A DNA stretch of 64,000 nt from Nitrosopumilus sp. GTDB lineage: Archaea; Thermoproteota; Nitrososphaeria; Nitrososphaerales; Nitrosopumilaceae. Each line of letters opens with the position of its first letter. Positions within the stretch are counted from its first letter, which is position 1. The DNA lies in contig CBDBLO010000002.1 in NCBI GenBank assembly GCA_965207075.1, positions 1,984,001 to 2,048,000 of the forward strand, in the 5' to 3' direction. The notes beneath the pieces were generated by a model. That model had not been told where the DNA came from and did not search any database. It was given only the letters and a program-made list of their open reading frames with translations. Shown piece by piece: positions 62,400 through 64,000 of the stretch. The position numbers were made by a program, and so were the translations under genes.

Positions 62400-63503
62400 T
62401 TGTCAGCATCAAGTTCAATACCGAGGGGCATCCTGCGAGATGCCGGCATAGTCATAGCGGGAATAATCATAGTGTGGGCGGGGCTGTACGCCGCATTCGG
62501 CATGCCAAACCCGTTTTACGTGGTGGCAAGCGGAAGCATGGTACCCGAGCTTGAGATATACGACGTGCTCATAGTGCAGGGAAACCACCCATTTGACGAG
62601 CTAGGGGTGGGCGACGTCATAGTGTTCGACAGGCCGTCTGACCACAACAGAGTCATAGTCCACAGGGTTGCAAACGTGATAGACGACGATCCCAGAACGC
62701 TGCGCACAAAGGGCGACGCCAACAGGGCATCCATACCGGGGACGGACTTTCCCATTACGGAGAAAGAGTATATCGGCAAGGTCGAGCACGTGATACCCCA
62801 GATAGGATACGTAACGCAGGCGCTAAAGCCGCCGGTCAACTATATCATAATAGCAGTCATCATAGGGGTGATGATATCAAAGCAGCTCTTGGCAAGAAAG
62901 AAGGACGACGGCAAGGCCATCTTTTCTGGCGCGGCCCGGGACGGCGAAGACGGAGCCGGTGACGATGTCGTTGGTGACGATACAGATACGGACAAGAAAG
63001 ACGCCGACGGGCTGCAGGCCGATGCGCCGGGGCGCGATGGCGCGGCCCCAGACGCAGGCCAAGATGGCACAGACGGGCCCGCCGCATCCGGATATAACGG
63101 CGACTCTGAATATGTGGGGGACGGGCCGCAGGAGAAAGGCGGCGACTCTGAATATGTGGGGGACGGGCCGCAGGAGAAAGGCGGCGACTCTGAATATGTG
63201 GGGGACGGGCCGCAGGAGAAAGGCGGCGACTCTGAATATGTGGGGGACGGGCCGCAGGAGAAAGGCGGCGACTCTGAATATGTGGGGGACGGGCCGCAGG
63301 AGAAAGGCGGCGACTCTGAATATGTGGGGGACGGGCCGCAGGAGAAAGGCGGCGACTCTGAATATGTGGGGGACGGGCCGCAGGAGAAAGGCGGCGACTC
63401 TGAATATGTGGGGGACGGGCCGCAGGAGAAAGGCGGCGAGGAGTCCAAAAGTCCGGGTGACAGGCCCGGACGGGACAAGGGCGACGATGCCGCCGCGCCG
63501 TGA
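62400..63503 (+). CDS. Signal peptidase I (archaeal S26B) with acidic repeat tail
   Basis: VVASGSMVP, GDVIVF, IVHRV, TKGDAN. Confidence 0.9.
   Translation: MSASSSIPRGILRDAGIVIAGIIIVWAGLYAAFGMPNPFYVVASGSMVPELEIYDVLIVQGNHPFDELGVGDVIVFDRPSDHNRVIVHRVANVIDDDPRTLRTKGDANRASIPGTDFPITEKEYIGKVEHVIPQIGYVTQALKPPVNYIIIAVIIGVMISKQLLARKKDDGKAIFSGAARDGEDGAGDDVVGDDTDTDKKDADGLQADAPGRDGAAPDAGQDGTDGPAASGYNGDSEYVGDGPQEKGGDSEYVGDGPQEKGGDSEYVGDGPQEKGGDSEYVGDGPQEKGGDSEYVGDGPQEKGGDSEYVGDGPQEKGGDSEYVGDGPQEKGGDSEYVGDGPQEKGGEESKSPGDRPGRDKGDDAAAP
63099..63434 (+). repeat. Perfect 42-bp tandem repeat x8 (GDSEYVGDGPQEKG)
   Basis: GGCGACTCTGAATATGTGGGGGACGGGCCGCAGGAGAAAGGC repeated eight times without spacers. Confidence 0.97.
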
Positions 63504-63555
63504 CGGCGCGCGATGACTAGCAGTTGTAGCTGTCTGTCCCCTGCCCCAGGCGGGC

Positions 63556-64000
63556 TCAGATTATCGAGTCGTCGGTCTTGAATATGCGCTTAAAGTACTC
63601 GGACTGCTCCTTTGACTCTGCGTCGCCCTTGGTGCGTATGCCGGCCAGGTTCCTTGCAAGGTCCTTTTTGTATTCCAGCTGCATCTGGCGCTGTATCTGT
63701 ATGCGCTGGGCCTGCGGCGAGCCGGCCCCGTGCATCGACTCTGTAAGGTACCCGACCGCGTTGCGCCCGAGGGTCATGTTCTCTATGAGGCGCAGCATCC
63801 TCACCCGCTCCTCGACGGGAATGTCCTGGCGGCCGACCAGATACTTTTCAAGTATGGGGCCGATCTCCGGGTGACGCAGGTCGCGCTCGGACGGCAGCGT
63901 GACTACCAGTCCCCCCGCTATGTCCTGCGCAAGCCTCCCTATCTCGTACGGGAACCTAGTGACGTTGTGCTTGCAGACCTGGGCGAGCATGTCCTCGTTG
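63556..64000 (-). CDS. hcd: 4-hydroxybutyryl-CoA dehydratase, C-terminal part
   Basis: VCKHNVTRFPYEIGRLAQDIAGG, ESMHGAGSPQAQ. Confidence 0.92.
   Translation of the reverse strand, partial: NEDMLAQVCKHNVTRFPYEIGRLAQDIAGGLVVTLPSERDLRHPEIGPILEKYLVGRQDIPVEERVRMLRLIENMTLGRNAVGYLTESMHGAGSPQAQRIQIQRQMQLEYKKDLARNLAGIRTKGDAESKEQSEYFKRIFKTDDSII

Noticed and set aside
63099-63434. CRISPR-like array
   Set aside because: Repeats are contiguous with no spacers and are in frame within a CDS.

Overview
GC-rich archaeal chromosome segment, most consistent with an ammonia-oxidising thaumarchaeote (Nitrosopumilaceae, Cenarchaeum/sponge-symbiont-like; this is inferred from MCM/GINS/Hel308/RFC, aIF6, Sm-L37e, 4-hydroxybutyryl-CoA dehydratase and paired 7Fe ferredoxins). 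Core genes alternate with accessory DNA, mostly at tRNA genes. (1) An intact single-ORF IS66 (772-2607) has 16-bp TIRs and an 8-bp TSD. (2) A tandem island at tRNA-Ser(TGA) (about 10020-21946) has two att copies, a dead tyrosine integrase and a giant DUF285/BspA-repeat plus PKD-repeat surface protein. (3) A lower-GC island at tRNA-Ala(GGC) has a truncated integrase, a probable group II intron fragment and a FeoB-like/flavin oxidoreductase cluster. (4) A Liv-type ABC operon with a triplicated binding protein lies between two tRNA-Leu genes, with two further orphan binding proteins nearby. (5) There is an IS481-like element. The most novel signal is that two unrelated exported proteins 28 kb apart end in the same motif, LA-x-P-x-V-C-R-stop, with no shared flanking DNA: a candidate undescribed C-terminal Cys sorting/anchoring signal. 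All calls are by eye; no database searches were run.
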